Assembly: GCA_004764695.1 (NCBI GenBank)
Contig: SMSO01000032.1
Coordinates: 4,310,483-4,374,482 of the forward strand
DNA from: Schizochytrium sp. TIO01
Lineage: Eukaryota > Protista > Bigyra: Labyrinthulomycetes
Reading direction: 5' to 3'
DNA: 64,000 nt
Part shown: piece by piece, positions 1 to 13,200 of the stretch
How positions within the stretch are numbered: position 1 is the first letter of the stretch
Layout: each line of letters opens with the position of its first letter
Made by a program: the position numbers and the translations under genes
The notes under the pieces: model-generated
What the model saw: the letters and a program-made list of their open reading frames with translations, nothing else
Told to the model about the DNA's origin: nothing
The model's database searches: none

Positions 1-3000
1 AGTTTGAAGGTGACTTCTTCAATAAATGCGAGACCACTCTTCTAAAGGTAATTCATCGAGAAATATGACGAATATTTAGTCTCATCAAGATTTTTTTGCG
101 AATGTAAACTTTGAGCAAGAGGTAATGGTTTTAATTACGAGGAATATCTCTACACACAAATGCATCTATAGAACTTTGCGGTGTGGTAGGTCCATGTGCA
201 TGTACCAGCTGAATTACTATGGGTTCTTAGCCAACGTGGGATTTTCGGATTTTGTTTTGATTTTGGAATCATAATCCTAGACATTAAATCCCTTGGAGGA
301 AACAGTACATCGAGAGAGGGAACTGCGTTAAAGCTCATGAAGTTGATCTAGCTGCATCGAGTCCAAGAGACAAAGCTCAAGATTGATTTGTTTGGCTTAT
401 GATTTGCATCGTAGGGCAGTTTAGGATGCACCCCATACATACCGAGCGGGGGATGGAACATAAAGGATTCTCGAAGAATACAATTTAAACTATTGACTCA
501 CCCAGTAGACGGTATATATTTGAATACACCCGATCGACTGACTTTGCGTGGCCGCTCGCAGAGGGAATGCATCTGTCTCGAGACTAGAAGGTACAAATTC
601 AAGTCACACCAATCACCTCTCTACGAAGGGAGGCAGATTTCTTAACGTGCAGTTCCGAGCGAAACAGGAAACTTACCTCACTTGGTAGAGGCGGCCCGTT
701 CAATAAGTACCTCCATGGCCATGAATCTTAGCTAGACCAAATCCACTCAGGGCTTGTCTGCCAGATTCACGATGGAAATGTCGTGAGCTCATATTGTTTT
801 AGGAAATGTACCAAAAGTGCGAAATTTCAAGCAGATAATATGGGCAGAGTTTGTGCGCTGACAAGGTGTAGATAATCCAGCATAAACACTAGCCAGTTTG
901 AATGAGTTCGGAACTGCTGGATAGGAGTCCTTTACCGGGGTGCACTTCACTCACTGTTCTATCTTTGACTCAAGCCGAGACATTGTTATGAGATCTTTCG
1001 AAACCAGTGCACAAGCGTGAACACTTTCTACCAAATATAAATAAAATGTCCTTCGCTACGATGGTAGCAACACGATTTTCATGTATCATTATTGCAAATT
1101 TATTTGTTTCATTTGATGGACACCGTAGCGCTGGATAACCATGAAAATGCCCTGCACTAAGCTTGGTCAGCTAGCCTCAAATATTGGCACGGCTAACAAA
1201 GTCTGGGCAGATATTTTAGATTGGGATAGAATCATTATTTTCTTAGCTCCGCACTTGCTAACAAAAGTTCCTGACATTTGATACATAAAAGCACTTCACT
1301 ACGCCAGTACCTAAGGTGCCTCTACCTCTGCTAACTCTTCTGAATGGATATTACTTCAGTTGTTCTTACTAAGAAGAGTCACAGCGAAGAAAATGAGTTA
1401 GGTTTAAAATATTCAGTGGTTTTTATTGCCCACCCGGAATCACATTGAACAACCCGTAGATGCCCTGGAAACGTCCTTGAACAGGTAGCCCCTGCACAAA
1501 CTAAAAAGCACTTGCTATGTTCTTGGAAACCAATCAGGCGTGCATATGTTCTCCATGGGATTTGATTAGGGTAATTCGCCTCACTCACCTTCTTTCCCAA
1601 TAAGCTATGTTATCGTTTTAAAGATCACCTTTTTTTATTTTTTCCTTCCCTTTATAAATAACATATGCGGGAATAGATGACCCTTATTTTAATATGATTC
1701 TGTCCTTTAGATGAAAGTGCTATCACACGCTGTGGCAGTTGTGTATGCGAGCGTGGGTGTCTTTCGCACGAAAGTGCTATCTGAGGTTAGACTAGAGTAG
1801 TATATTCTAACTTAAAATTTTGGACAGTTGAGTCGGAAGGCCTTCGAAGGAACTTCTGAGGGACACTGGAAAACTAACCACAACTAAGGTGTGTATCATC
1901 CAAATACAGTTTCGAGGTGTAGTAAGTGATAGCGCCGAGTACTACACAGGTAGGGTAGTGTTTTGCAAGAACAAAATTACGGTTCGCTTAGGAAACAAGT
2001 TATTTGAAAAGACGAAATCGAAACTGGAGATCTTGCAAGTGCCTGTTTCCCGGTTGCTGCCCTCAGTTTGAAATGATGGAGCGAGCTAATACCGGATGCA
2101 AACCGAAACTGTGCACAGGCTGACTGAAAGGTGCATGTAGCTTCATTTGTTTGACTTTACAAATCACTCCAAAATTTGTCCTGAGGCATCTACAAGCACA
2201 ATGTTTAGTCATAAGATTACCTATTTGTTTTAGTAGTGTATCACATAGTAATGTTTGTGCAGAATTTGCAATTACATTTGTAAGACCCCCTGATGAACAG
2301 GCTTTCTATGAATAAGTCAATGATATGATGTTTGAAGGTTCCCCGTAAGAGTTCAAAACATCAAGAGCTTGAAGATGAACTGAATCCCATGAGGGATTGA
2401 CATTGTCCAGGTCAATTGAGCAGGCGTCAATTATAGGTGATCTACAAAATATGTTAAGCAGTGTCTAGCGCGCTGGAATATTGAAGAGTAACTCTGCGCT
2501 CCTCAGTAGTACCTTCTACTCCTCTCTTTTGAAAACTGGGCGCATTGTTCCCCACTTACTACTACTTAAAGTTTCTTACCTACCAGTGCTTGCACATGTA
2601 AAGGATGTCAATTTAAATGTATAAACTATGAATCTCAGAAATATACTGGCAGTGCATGGGACACTCAAGACAAAGTCTTAGACAAGTCTCCACTAGGCAG
2701 CTAAATGAAGGAACCCAGCCTACACACCAAACCTATCTACAAATAGTAAATTCTCCAGTTTTAAAGAGGTGAACTGAGTTCTCCGGCTCGTGGTATTAGC
2801 TTCCTTTCTTTGTCAAGAGCTATCACAACCAAGATCTTTTGATCACAAACTTTTCTCCATCAGCGAGTCGCCAAAACCGAGAATATCGCCCCCCCCCCCC
2901 GAATTGAGGAGTATCAGTATACAAGGCTCCTCGTGGTTACATTCTGACACACCCAAGTAATATATATATATGAATCTTCATTCTTTTTCTTTTTTCTTTT

Positions 3001-4135
3001 TTTTCTTTTTTCAGCTGTAGTAGTATGTTCATATTTCATAAAGAACTTTGAACTCAGACTGTCTGACAAATTTGTGCATACCTAGAGCGCTGCAAAGTAA
3101 GTGTTCTGCATGTTAGCGATTGCCCAGATGTAGATCAGCAAGCCAGCTTGGGAGTGTGAAGTTTTGTTATCTTGTCTATGTAAAATGTCCTACTGCAATT
3201 GCTATTTTAATTTAATTTTAAAAATTTATTTTTACAATAATATATATATGTAGGGCCACATGAACAAAACATAAAGATCCGTCGTACTCTGGGTATGATT
3301 CAACAGGCCCACGAGTAAAATCTGTTGGGTAGAATAAGTAGATCAGTCATTATCTATTTACAAAAAGAAAAGGAGAACAAAACTCGCCCATGTGCTTTTT
3401 TTTTTTTACAACTCACCCATCTGCTTTTTCTTGCTTTGTTTTTTAAATGTAAATGCATATTCTACCATCCCGAATGACTATTGCATTGCAGAATGCACTC
3501 GAACCTTAAAGTGTTTAATGTGGATAGATTCTAGAGGTTGCAATGAGGCATATATACATATGTAGCTGAGCATATGCGAGGCCCTGGATCAAGTGCATAT
3601 ATACATTCTCAAATTTAAAGGCTTCGAAGCGACTTCCACTTGCAGTTTCCTCTTTGCATTAAACACCTTTTTTTTAATTTAAATATATATACCTCTCTGC
3701 ACGTGTGAACGTTTGACTCCACCTTCTAGTAGCTGTCGTTAGTATCTTTCCAGTTTAGGGTGTCCTCAATTTTTGTATTTCCATAGAAGTTTGAAAGGGG
3801 GTTATAATAGCCACATCACTCATCTCAACTAGGTTTTGATTATCAAAGAATGCGGTGCAAACTCTACCCGCGCTTTATTGAAAAATGATGTTCATACCTG
3901 TGCTCGTTCAACCACATATTACTTATTTTTCTCTTCATTTTTATCCCTTTTCTGAAGCTACCTACCTAAGTATATCGTTAGTTATCTACTACCAAATCTG
4001 CCCAGTAGCAGTTCTGTTTTAACTTTAAAACTTTTTAAACACTTATTTAGATTGCAAAGTTATAGATAAAATTAGTAATAACATTAGGTCTGTTTGAAAA
4101 GACACCCAGGCCCAGATCCGAAGCCAAATCAAAAC

Positions 4136-4200
4136 AACCAAAACCAAAACCAAAACCAAAACCAAAACCAAAACCAAAACCAAAACCAAAACCAAAACCA
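4136..4200. repeat. Hexanucleotide tandem repeat (AAAACC)n, ~10-11 copies
   Basis: Read directly from sequence; ends ~60 nt upstream of the ATG at 4262. Confidence 0.95.
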
Positions 4201-4261
4201 GAATTAAACACACGAGCGCCTAGTAAAAGCTACATACTTGCGTAGAACGTATAGAACCATC

Positions 4262-5029
4262 ATGCAGGCTTTTACCGCTATTGTCATGCTTGCCCTTGCG
4301 GGTGTCTCCTCTGCTCTGCAGGTCGAAAATGGAGTTACCCAATCCCAAATTGATGCTTGGCATTCTCTGAGCCGTAATCTTGCGGACGAAACGAGTGTGC
4401 CTGACTATGTTACTTCGTGCCTTTCTCAATACAGTGGCCTGAACGCCTATTTGAACTGCGAGCAGGAATACGCGGCTGAGATCCTCAACAGCACTGGTGG
4501 CTCGGCTCTCACCGCAGTCATGACCATTGGCTCCACTGTTACCGATGTAAGCTCTCTCACTGAGGCACAATGCTATTCTCTCTTCAACACTACAGTGTAC
4601 CCTGATCTTACATGCGCATGGTACATCCAAGGTGATTCCCTCACCAGCTTTCTTCAAGACATGATCGCAAACTTCACCGGTGTAAGCCAGTGCACTGAGA
4701 TGGGTACAATTACTACTGCTGCCATTTATGGAGGCAACATGACTGCTATTGCAGAGCAGTACGGCGAAGAGTGCACGGAGTCGAGCTCTCAGGATAGTAT
4801 GGGAACCTCTGCAGCTCGCCGTGAGCTCCAGACCTCGGAAGACTCCACCTCGAAGATCTCTTCGAGTCTTAGCTCAGTGACTACCATCGTGAACCAGTTT
4901 AACACGGTCTCTAACAAGTGCAAGGAGATTGCCCCTGATTCTGTCGCTGTTGCCCCGAGCCCGGCTAACATCAACATCCCATCCTTCGCTATCCTCCTGA
5001 TGGCTGTATTCCTCTCTCTTTGGCATTAA
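4262..5029 (+). CDS. Secreted Cys-rich, Ser/Thr-rich surface protein, probably GPI-anchored (255 aa), unknown family
   Basis: First ATG is at 4262 (the ORF-track start at 4238 is a TTG). Signal peptide MQAFTAIVMLALAGVSSA, 7 Cys, and a hydrophobic C-terminal tail PSFAILLMAVFLSLWH with no cytosolic extension. Codons are mostly C/T-ending, as in the other small genes here. Confidence 0.85.
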   Translation: MQAFTAIVMLALAGVSSALQVENGVTQSQIDAWHSLSRNLADETSVPDYVTSCLSQYSGLNAYLNCEQEYAAEILNSTGGSALTAVMTIGSTVTDVSSLTEAQCYSLFNTTVYPDLTCAWYIQGDSLTSFLQDMIANFTGVSQCTEMGTITTAAIYGGNMTAIAEQYGEECTESSSQDSMGTSAARRELQTSEDSTSKISSSLSSVTTIVNQFNTVSNKCKEIAPDSVAVAPSPANINIPSFAILLMAVFLSLWH

Positions 5030-6464
5030 GATAAACGTAGCCTTGCCATGGCTTGGCATGTTAATATTCTAATTTGATCAAATCTAATCAAATCATTTTC
5101 ATTAAATATGTTGCTCAACTGAAAACACAACCTAGCCATTCCACAACCTTGAAAGCCTGTTTATAATGAAAGGTCAAAAGCCGATGTTCCTAAGTTCTCG
5201 CTTATTATGTATGCTAATACATTATATTCACTCAAACTGCTAGTCCGCAAAAGTATGTTTTATGCCATCTAGCGGATTGTATCGGGAATCTGGAATGTAG
5301 CATCGTTTAGCTCGCGTTTTATGATCGGCTTACAGAAAATCAGTCCCATATTTTTGCATCTACTCAATATAAACTAACCTGCTATTCCTGCCTCTATCGT
5401 ACAAGTCCGGAGAACGACAGACGAGTGTTTCACAATAGATGGAAACAACCATCAGATAAACCCTTTTCTATGCTGCATGCGACCGTGGAAACACGAATTT
5501 TGACAACCGCAATTCCAACAGATTTCTACTCTAGAGACCCTACTAAGACTTGTTGCTTCCCGTTTTGTCGAACCAGTCATCAATACTGTTTGCCAATTCG
5601 ATGATGCCCTCCTTTATAGACAATGACTACTCTCACGTGCTTCCTCCCAAATCTCATGCGATTTTGCATAGGTCACCTTGGGGTCCCTCTGTTGGCCAAA
5701 CTTACACAGTCGGACTTAGGCCAAGGTAATGGTAGGCCTCCTGTTTGGGTCCGTCAGCAAGCTCGAAGACAGGAATGTCGCGTCGAATCTGTCCACGTAC
5801 TGTACGTAACTAAATACAGGCGATCACATTGCAAGAGGATTGCATCAGTTGTTACTAATTTTCCATGAATTGCAAACTTGCTAGATGTGCAATCATAATT
5901 CAATTAGTTGCAATTCGCATTCTATACTTTACCAGAGTGAACAATAGCACGTGGTAGGTAGTACTTGGTAGGCTTAGATAGCAGTTCCTACTAGTGTGAG
6001 AGGAAAATAGAAATACCTATGAACACAGATGGAAATGCGAGCAGACCAAACCAGAATCCAATTCACGAGGTACGTCTGCGGCAAGGCCATCGTGTCGAGG
6101 TGTCGCAAGAGCCGGTGCTGTGCTATGCTCTATTTACGACGCTCCCAGCCTGCGCGGCTGCAGGAGTGCACAGGGTGTGACCACGAAAGGCCTGGATGCA
6201 AGAAAGGCATCCAGGAGCGTGACGAAAGTTCGTGAGATGGTGACTTTTAGAGGTAGGATGCTGCTAAGGGCCAGCATGAAGTGCAAATGGACTTCCGTAT
6301 CGTGGGGGATAATTGAGGCATAGAACGGCAGCGTTGCTTGAATTAAGCTCGTGTAGAAGAGGTAGACTGACGCTGATACTCGATGGAACGGAATTTGTGT
6401 TTTAGATATTCTTGAAGCGCATATCTACAGTTTTTTAGTCCCCCTTACTAAAACTTCGAACAAG

Positions 6465-6870
6465 ATGGGCAACGTTTCCAAGGACGAGCTTGCCAAGCAC
6501 AATAAGGCTGACGACTGCTGGATCTCCATCAACGATCACGTCTACAACGTAAGTCAACTGAATTTTTATTGAATGAAACAGCTGCAGAAGCATTAAGAGT
6601 TCCTGAGGATATATATGTGACCTTTGGGGATTATACTCATATGATTACGTGCTTACTATGCGAGATATGGTGACTAACTTCTATACGATGGATCTCCTTA
6701 TTCACATTCATGCACGATAGGTTACTGACTTCTTGAACGACCACCCTGGCGGCAAGAAGGCCATCCTTATGTACGCCGGTAAGGACGCTACCTCTGAGTT
6801 CGAGATGCTCCACAAGCCTGAGGTTCTTAAGAAATACGGCGAGGGCATGAAGGTTGGTCCCCTTGCCTAA
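6465..6870 (+). CDS. Soluble cytochrome b5-like heme-binding protein, 77 aa, join(6465..6548,6721..6870)
   Basis: Manual translation: MGNVSKDELAKHNKADDCWISINDHVYN / VTDFLNDHPGGKKAILMYAGKDATSEFEMLHKPEVLKKYGEGMKVGPLA*. It has the canonical CWI..VY.VT.F...HPGG and AGKDAT..F...H motifs with both heme-ligand His. The intron is phase 0. Confidence 0.95.
6549..6720 (+). other. Spliceosomal (U2-type) intron of the cytochrome b5 gene, 172 nt
   Basis: Donor GTAAGT at 6549, branch-site-like TGACTAAC at 6671-6678, acceptor TAG at 6718-6720. Removing it restores the b5 fold in frame. Confidence 0.92.
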
Positions 6871-7220
6871 TCAAACCTCTTTTCAGCACGTTATTGTGTG
6901 AAGAAGTGAAAGAGCAACTCGGTTTGAGTTTCTCTTGTCATGTCAGTCTCCATTTTAAAAGTAAAAACATATATGGCCTCAAATTCAGTCTGTTTTTTCT
7001 TGCTGATTACCTTGCCTATCCATACTGTTCTGGAACAGAAGCAGAAGAAGGAAATCCAAAATTTGATTTAGAAGTCGAATATCTTGTTATAAAATCTTAA
7101 TGCCGCTATTATGCTGTCGAGCATTACAATAAACCTAGTTTTGCAATTTTCTTTCAAAGCACAGCACATCATTCGACTGAAAATGCCAATATTATATTTT
7201 GAATCGTATCTAGCTAACAA

Positions 7221-10200
7221 TCACGTCCGCTTGCCAGTGGAAGCATTCATAGCCTGGGACATCGAAGCAAGCTCTTGCTCCTGAGCACGAACACATGCAC
7301 GCATTTCTGGAGAGCGAGCAGCGGTCTCCAGCAACATCTTACATCCATGGAAGATGAGAAATTCCCATCGCGGCACCTGCCGTGAGTGTGCAAGTGATAG
7401 TTGCCTTACAAGTTTTGGCACTGCCTGCGAAGCACGAACTCGCATTGCAAATGCTCTCCACTCCGCACGAGGTAGGAAAAGATGTTTAAGCATACGAAGT
7501 AACACAAGCACTCGAGGATGGATCGAGTACACTGTCCCCTTTTCAATTAATAGAGAGACCAAGAAAGATGCCATAACCATTGAAAAGCGCTCAGAAGCAC
7601 ATGTGATTGCCTTCATGATCTCCACCGAGTTGTATTCGTCGAGTAAGATGAGCTTCTTCCAGAGTTCGGCACTCATAGCAAAATCTACCAAATCGTCTTC
7701 GATGAAGACCTCTGACTGGATCTTTAAATCGCCATTAGCACCATCGCCATTGCTACTCAATTCTATACTACTGGAAATGCCACCTTCTTTAAAGACCATC
7801 TCATTTTTCTCCCCAATCACAGTGTTTACTAAGTTCTTCTCACCCTGCACAGCGAGTGCCGGGTTCGTTTCAAGTTCAGTTGTGCTCAACTCCTCGTCAC
7901 CTGGTTGCCCAAGCTTGATAACATTTGTGGTGCTGCTACTCTTAGACTTATCATCCTCAGTACGTTCATCAAGGACAACACCTACGTGTTCGGACTGCAC
8001 ACCCATCTTTGTTTCAGTATCTCTTGATACTGGATCCTCACTCTTCTCAGCAGGTTTTGTGTTACTTGTTTTCGACGGTGTTGAGTTACTGCTAGCATCA
8101 TTTGATCCTATCGTTTGATTGGGATGGCCTGATTCTGAAGGAAGAATGTCCCCTAATGTTTTCCCCTTAACCTTTTCACCAGCTACCGTGTTCTCACGCG
8201 CTTCGTCCTCAAGTGGGACAAAATCATCCAGAACGCTAAAGTGACGCTGCTTCTTCTTACGATTCAAGCGTCGCTCTGCAGCACAGCTAACCAAAGTTCG
8301 CAAGAAACTTGCTGCTGCTTTTGTGCCTGCCGTTGGAGTGCTGCCTTCGTGAGCAACAAACAAGTCCGCGACTGGCTGTAGGAAACCTAAATCAAGCAAA
8401 GTTCCAGCCTCCAGAGATCCAAGAAGGGCGTACGCTTTAAGAACCTCAAAGTATGTGGCGCACGTATCTAACGTAGTTATTTGCGTGGATAAGCTTGCAT
8501 GGAAGCAACGAATAAATGCATCTGTCTCGAAAGCTCGTTCGCCCCCCTCCCCTTGCATTGACGCCATCAGTAATGAAGCAACTGCAGTACGCAGCTTGGG
8601 CTTCGGACATAACAAGAAGATATCACATAATTTATCCTTGTCAGTCATGTAAGACAGTAGCCATCGCTGCGCTTGTGGACTTCCATCAAGAAGCACAAGT
8701 AGACGATCTTCCCATTCAGGAAACAATCCTTCCACAAGGGTGCCCCAGCCATGAGCAGGAACATCTAAAAGGAATTGGATGCTCAACCGTGTAATAGATT
8801 CGCGACAACCAGCAATTTCGGGGTCGAGACCGATTCGCATCAAATTCCACGTAAACTTATATGTACTTGCATCAAACACGTAGTTATCACGGATAAAAGT
8901 CAAATTGTCTTTCAAAAGGGCGTCAACTACGTGCGATGGTAGCTTGAGCATCGACGCTTTATGATTTGCAGTATTGTCGCGCCCATTTTGCAGGTATTCC
9001 ATACGACTTGCATAGGCTAACGATGACGATTCAAGGCGAATAGAGTTGCGCCGGCGGCGACGATTCATAAAGTGGCGTAGCAAATCAACACCGCGATCAT
9101 CTACGCCACCATCTTTTGCAGCATCTTCCCAAGGCCGACCGGGCCGCCCACCTCTTCCACGAGTAAGCCTAAGAGATCGTGATAAGGGAGAAAGTGCTAA
9201 ACGAAAAGGCGATTTGGTGTCCTCGCTCTCAAAGGATGTTCCAATAGCACTGTTGATTGCTGGTTCTGGGCTCCCCATGCTTGCATCAACTGCATCGAGA
9301 GCAGCAAGAAGTTCTTGAGGATTACTAACTTTAAATCGCCCCAAAAGTCCAGCTTGTTCCATAGTAATAAGAGGAGGAGCTGGTAAATCATCATCATCTT
9401 CCTCATCAACATCTGCAGTATCTTGAGATCTTAAACCAGTACCAGAATAGTCACTCTCCTGACACGTGGCAGGATCAGCTTCAACAGCTTTAACTTCGCT
9501 GGTTCCAGATCGTAATATTTCTGAAGAGCCAACACTTTCCGACTTCGTCTGCAAATCATGCTGCAAATCATTCTCACCTTGTCGTGCCTGCTCGCCGCCC
9601 TTACCTGTGCCATTTTGAGAGTTTTCCTCCTTATTCGTTCCTAATGCAGCTTGAGCTAACGCAGACCCTATAGAGAATAGAGAGGACCGGCCTTGGCTCA
9701 TGCTAGATGCAGATTTAGGAGAGGAGAGGTCACCAGAATCATCAGGGGCTTGCACATCTACGGTAGAATAATCCTTTTCTAGCTCCTCCCTCACAGGATG
9801 TAATGTAGAATCGTATATATTCTTAGAGTCACATGGATATTGTACATCCTCATTTTGATTTAATGATTCGTCCACTTCAAGATCATCATCTTCATCATCA
9901 TCCTCACTATCGTCGAGCCCCCGATCAAAAGTGCTATCCCCACCTTCAAGGTCCTCGAGATCGCTCCATAAACCAGGAGAGCGAGTAAGCTTGGTTTCGG
10001 GGGACTCCACTCCCCAGTGGGGACTTTGATCCGCTATACGGTCATACACCAAAACGTATGCACTACGTGACTTAACGACCTCAACGGTAGAACCATCACC
10101 GCGTGGGATACGGTCCTTTCCACCGAAGCAATCCCCTGGGATGCAATCGATTGGATAAGGCCACACAAATTTGTCGTTAAACTCGATCCACTGGCCTCCG

Positions 10201-13200
10201 ACCTTTGGGTATCGTGGTCGTCTCTCACGAAGAAATGAATAGTAGTGGCCTGAATCCATAGTTCCAGTATGTGCAATGATACCCACAAGTTCGTATTTGA
10301 ATGAGCTACCAGGTGCAATTCGATCATGGGAGGAGTTTTGTTGATGACGGTCAGGAGTCTCGTGGTTAGTTTGCGCACCATCTTCACTTGCACCTGACTG
10401 GGACAAGGTACTAGAAGTTACAGAGCCATTGGGTGATCCTTCTCCCTCGGAACTATCATGCTGGGACCTGTTATTTTGCGTAATGAAGTCGTATGTATAA
10501 GGCTCAAGGTCCAATACAAGGGGGAATTCGAATCGGTCATTCAGCTTGCGGCGCGTCATAGTTTGTAGATCGAACTCGAAACGCTTTAAGTTAATGATGA
10601 GGTGATCCGGAAGTTCCTTGATACATGTCCTCTTGATTGCATCCACGCGCTCCCCAGAGTCAAGCTTAAACTGATTGTCACCTGTGAGAAGCTCGCTTTG
10701 CACCAGAGCTTCCAAAGCTTCAGGCAAGTTAGAGCACCCTTTGATATCTAGAGGTAAGCAATGAAATGGGTCTGGCCGCTCAGAGACGTACGGGTTGTTC
10801 GGATCCTTGCTAATAATCTGATTCACAAGCATACCACGGAAGTGTGTCTGTACAATCTCCCGGGCCTGCCCAGATTCAGATTCAATTTGGTCGAATAGTT
10901 GCGATGCAAACTCATACACATCACGTTGCTCCGTTAAATTTAATGGCATACCATTGACTTCCGCAAAAGACTTGCATAGGGGCAACGGGTCATAGAAATG
11001 CTTAGTACTCACTCGCAAAGATCCAAAAGTAACCTGAAGCTGATATAGAAGTGTCCCTGATTGTACAGCAGGAATCGATAATATCGCCTCAGCAAAGCTT
11101 GGAATGTGAAACAGTTGTTGCAAGAACGAGTTCATGTAGCAGGTTGCACCCAGATTCTGCAATCCTGTGAATTGCTGAGGATGTTTTACTAACGCTAGCG
11201 GGTTATAATTCCATTCTTTGGCAAATCGAGATCGAAAACCAGGCTTGGAAGCACCACCAACACCATCTTCGTCCAGCATCTCACAGAGAGCAGCAACATT
11301 GCCAGGGCAATTTTCCAAAAGCTCTACAAGCAAGGCAAATGCTGCGTCTCGGCTAGCTTCACTTTTACAAAGCGCACTCCGATCATGGATTATTAAGCTC
11401 TGACCGCTAAATGATCGTCGTAACATCCCTCGCGCTCCACGCTTGCTCGAACCACTACCGCTTCTGCTGCTGTCAAGTAAGGAAACTCCTGACGCACGCC
11501 CTTCATTCTGCCGGGCCTCTGAGCGGATCATCTCCAGACGAGCGCGGTCTCCCTCAAAGTTGTAGCTACTAGCAAAAAGCAAATCGTGATACAGATAACG
11601 GAGCAGGCCATGGTCGATCGCAAAAGTCTTCAACATTTTGTTCTTTGCTACTAAAGTTCGTAGCAAACGCAAAAGTCCAATCAGAAGCTGGTCTTCGCGA
11701 TCTGTGTGGAAGCTTTCCAGGCTTTCGTGTGATAGAAGAGCCTCCAGACAGTGCATAAATACATCCTTGATCAATGAAGCATCGGAAGTTTCGACTTCCT
11801 CAGGAGAGGTAGCATCACAAGAGGAGGCTTTACCTTTCTCATGCCCTTCATAAGCTGCATCTGATTTTTTGTTTTCGGCTTGCTCCACAAGCGTGTCATC
11901 CACCATATCGATAAGACCAATAAGAAGCATATGGAACTCGCTGCATGATGATGATAAATTACGATAAGCCCGGCGAACAAGCATGCCATCTCTTTGATCC
12001 GAGCGTAATGGAGCATGCATTGCTTTAATAATTGGTAACAAAAGCAGCAAATAATCTCGAGAAAATGATCTTCTCTCCGAGACTGGAGCATTGTCTTTCA
12101 TATCTTCACAGGTCTCGACAAGTGAACATAGAGTGAGAATTGACGTACATGCCTGCATCCGGGTGACCCGATCCTCGCAGTATATGAGTAGTTGCTCTGT
12201 GAGCTCTCTAAGGTGTTCAAAGCGAATAAAAGCTCTTACAGTATCGATGTTACCGACTGAAATACAACTCATGATCAGATACAAGCCTCGATCGACGACA
12301 CTTCGAATCTCATCAACTGAAATAAAGGCATCGCTTGTGCAAACCAGCATAGCCTCCAAGACACATTCGACAATCCGAGGGAAGTCATTTGGCCGACAGG
12401 CAAGGATATCCTCGAGTGGCGGGGCTTGAGAACCTCGCAAATGTATAGAGTAGTCACGACTACCGCCCTCATTAGATTTTTCTATGTCGTCATTGATTGC
12501 AGGAGAAGTACCAAGTTCTTCAGAGAGAGACGCAGGCAAAGGACCATGCGTTAGAACGGGCGTGTTGCCCACTCCATAGCGAATGTAATTGTCATCATGG
12601 GCGATACCAGTTGAGTGGCTGCCTTGATCATTAACTCGATCAGCTTGAGCAAGCCGCTGGGGTGCAGCAAGCGTAGTATTTCGGCGGGCACGCCGGGAAC
12701 CGCGCCTGCCCTTGATCATAGTAGCAAACCGCCAAAACGTGTTCTCATCAGCGTTGTTTGGGCTACTGCTTGCAGTATTTGCCACTGAAGCGGTATTACC
12801 ACTCGTACTAATGGAATTAGCTCCAGTACCCCCTGCTGCTCCACTCGCTTCAGAGGTATGACCAGCTCGAAATGTATCTTCAGCTCCTATGTTTCTATTT
12901 GGAGATGCAGGACCCGAAGTGGGAGAAGCCAGCATTTCCTCCGACTTACTAAAAGTTTGCAGGGAGAATTGGTTGCTTGCTCGAGGCGAGGAAACTTGCA
13001 GAAAGAAACCAAGCCGACGTCGAAACCCACGATCAGCAAACAAAAGTGCTGAAATCATTTCTACCAGAACAGAAATGCATTCAACGCGTCGAGGCCCAGT
13101 AAGAGATCGATGATGCAGAAGAATCTGCAGTAAATGGTCCATTCCCGATCCAGATAAAAATCGCTTCATCCACTCACTTGAAGTGGAAGCTGCATTAAAA

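Noticed and set aside
496-3416. Four minus-strand GTRAGT donor-like sites (501, 676, 1588, 3416) suggesting a spliced gene
   Set aside because: The count is close to chance for a 6-mer in 4 kb, and I could not assemble an open spliced frame.
4136-4200. Telomeric or interstitial telomere repeat
   Set aside because: The unit is TTTTGG/CCAAAA rather than TTAGGG/TTTAGGG, the tract is short, and it sits beside a gene start.
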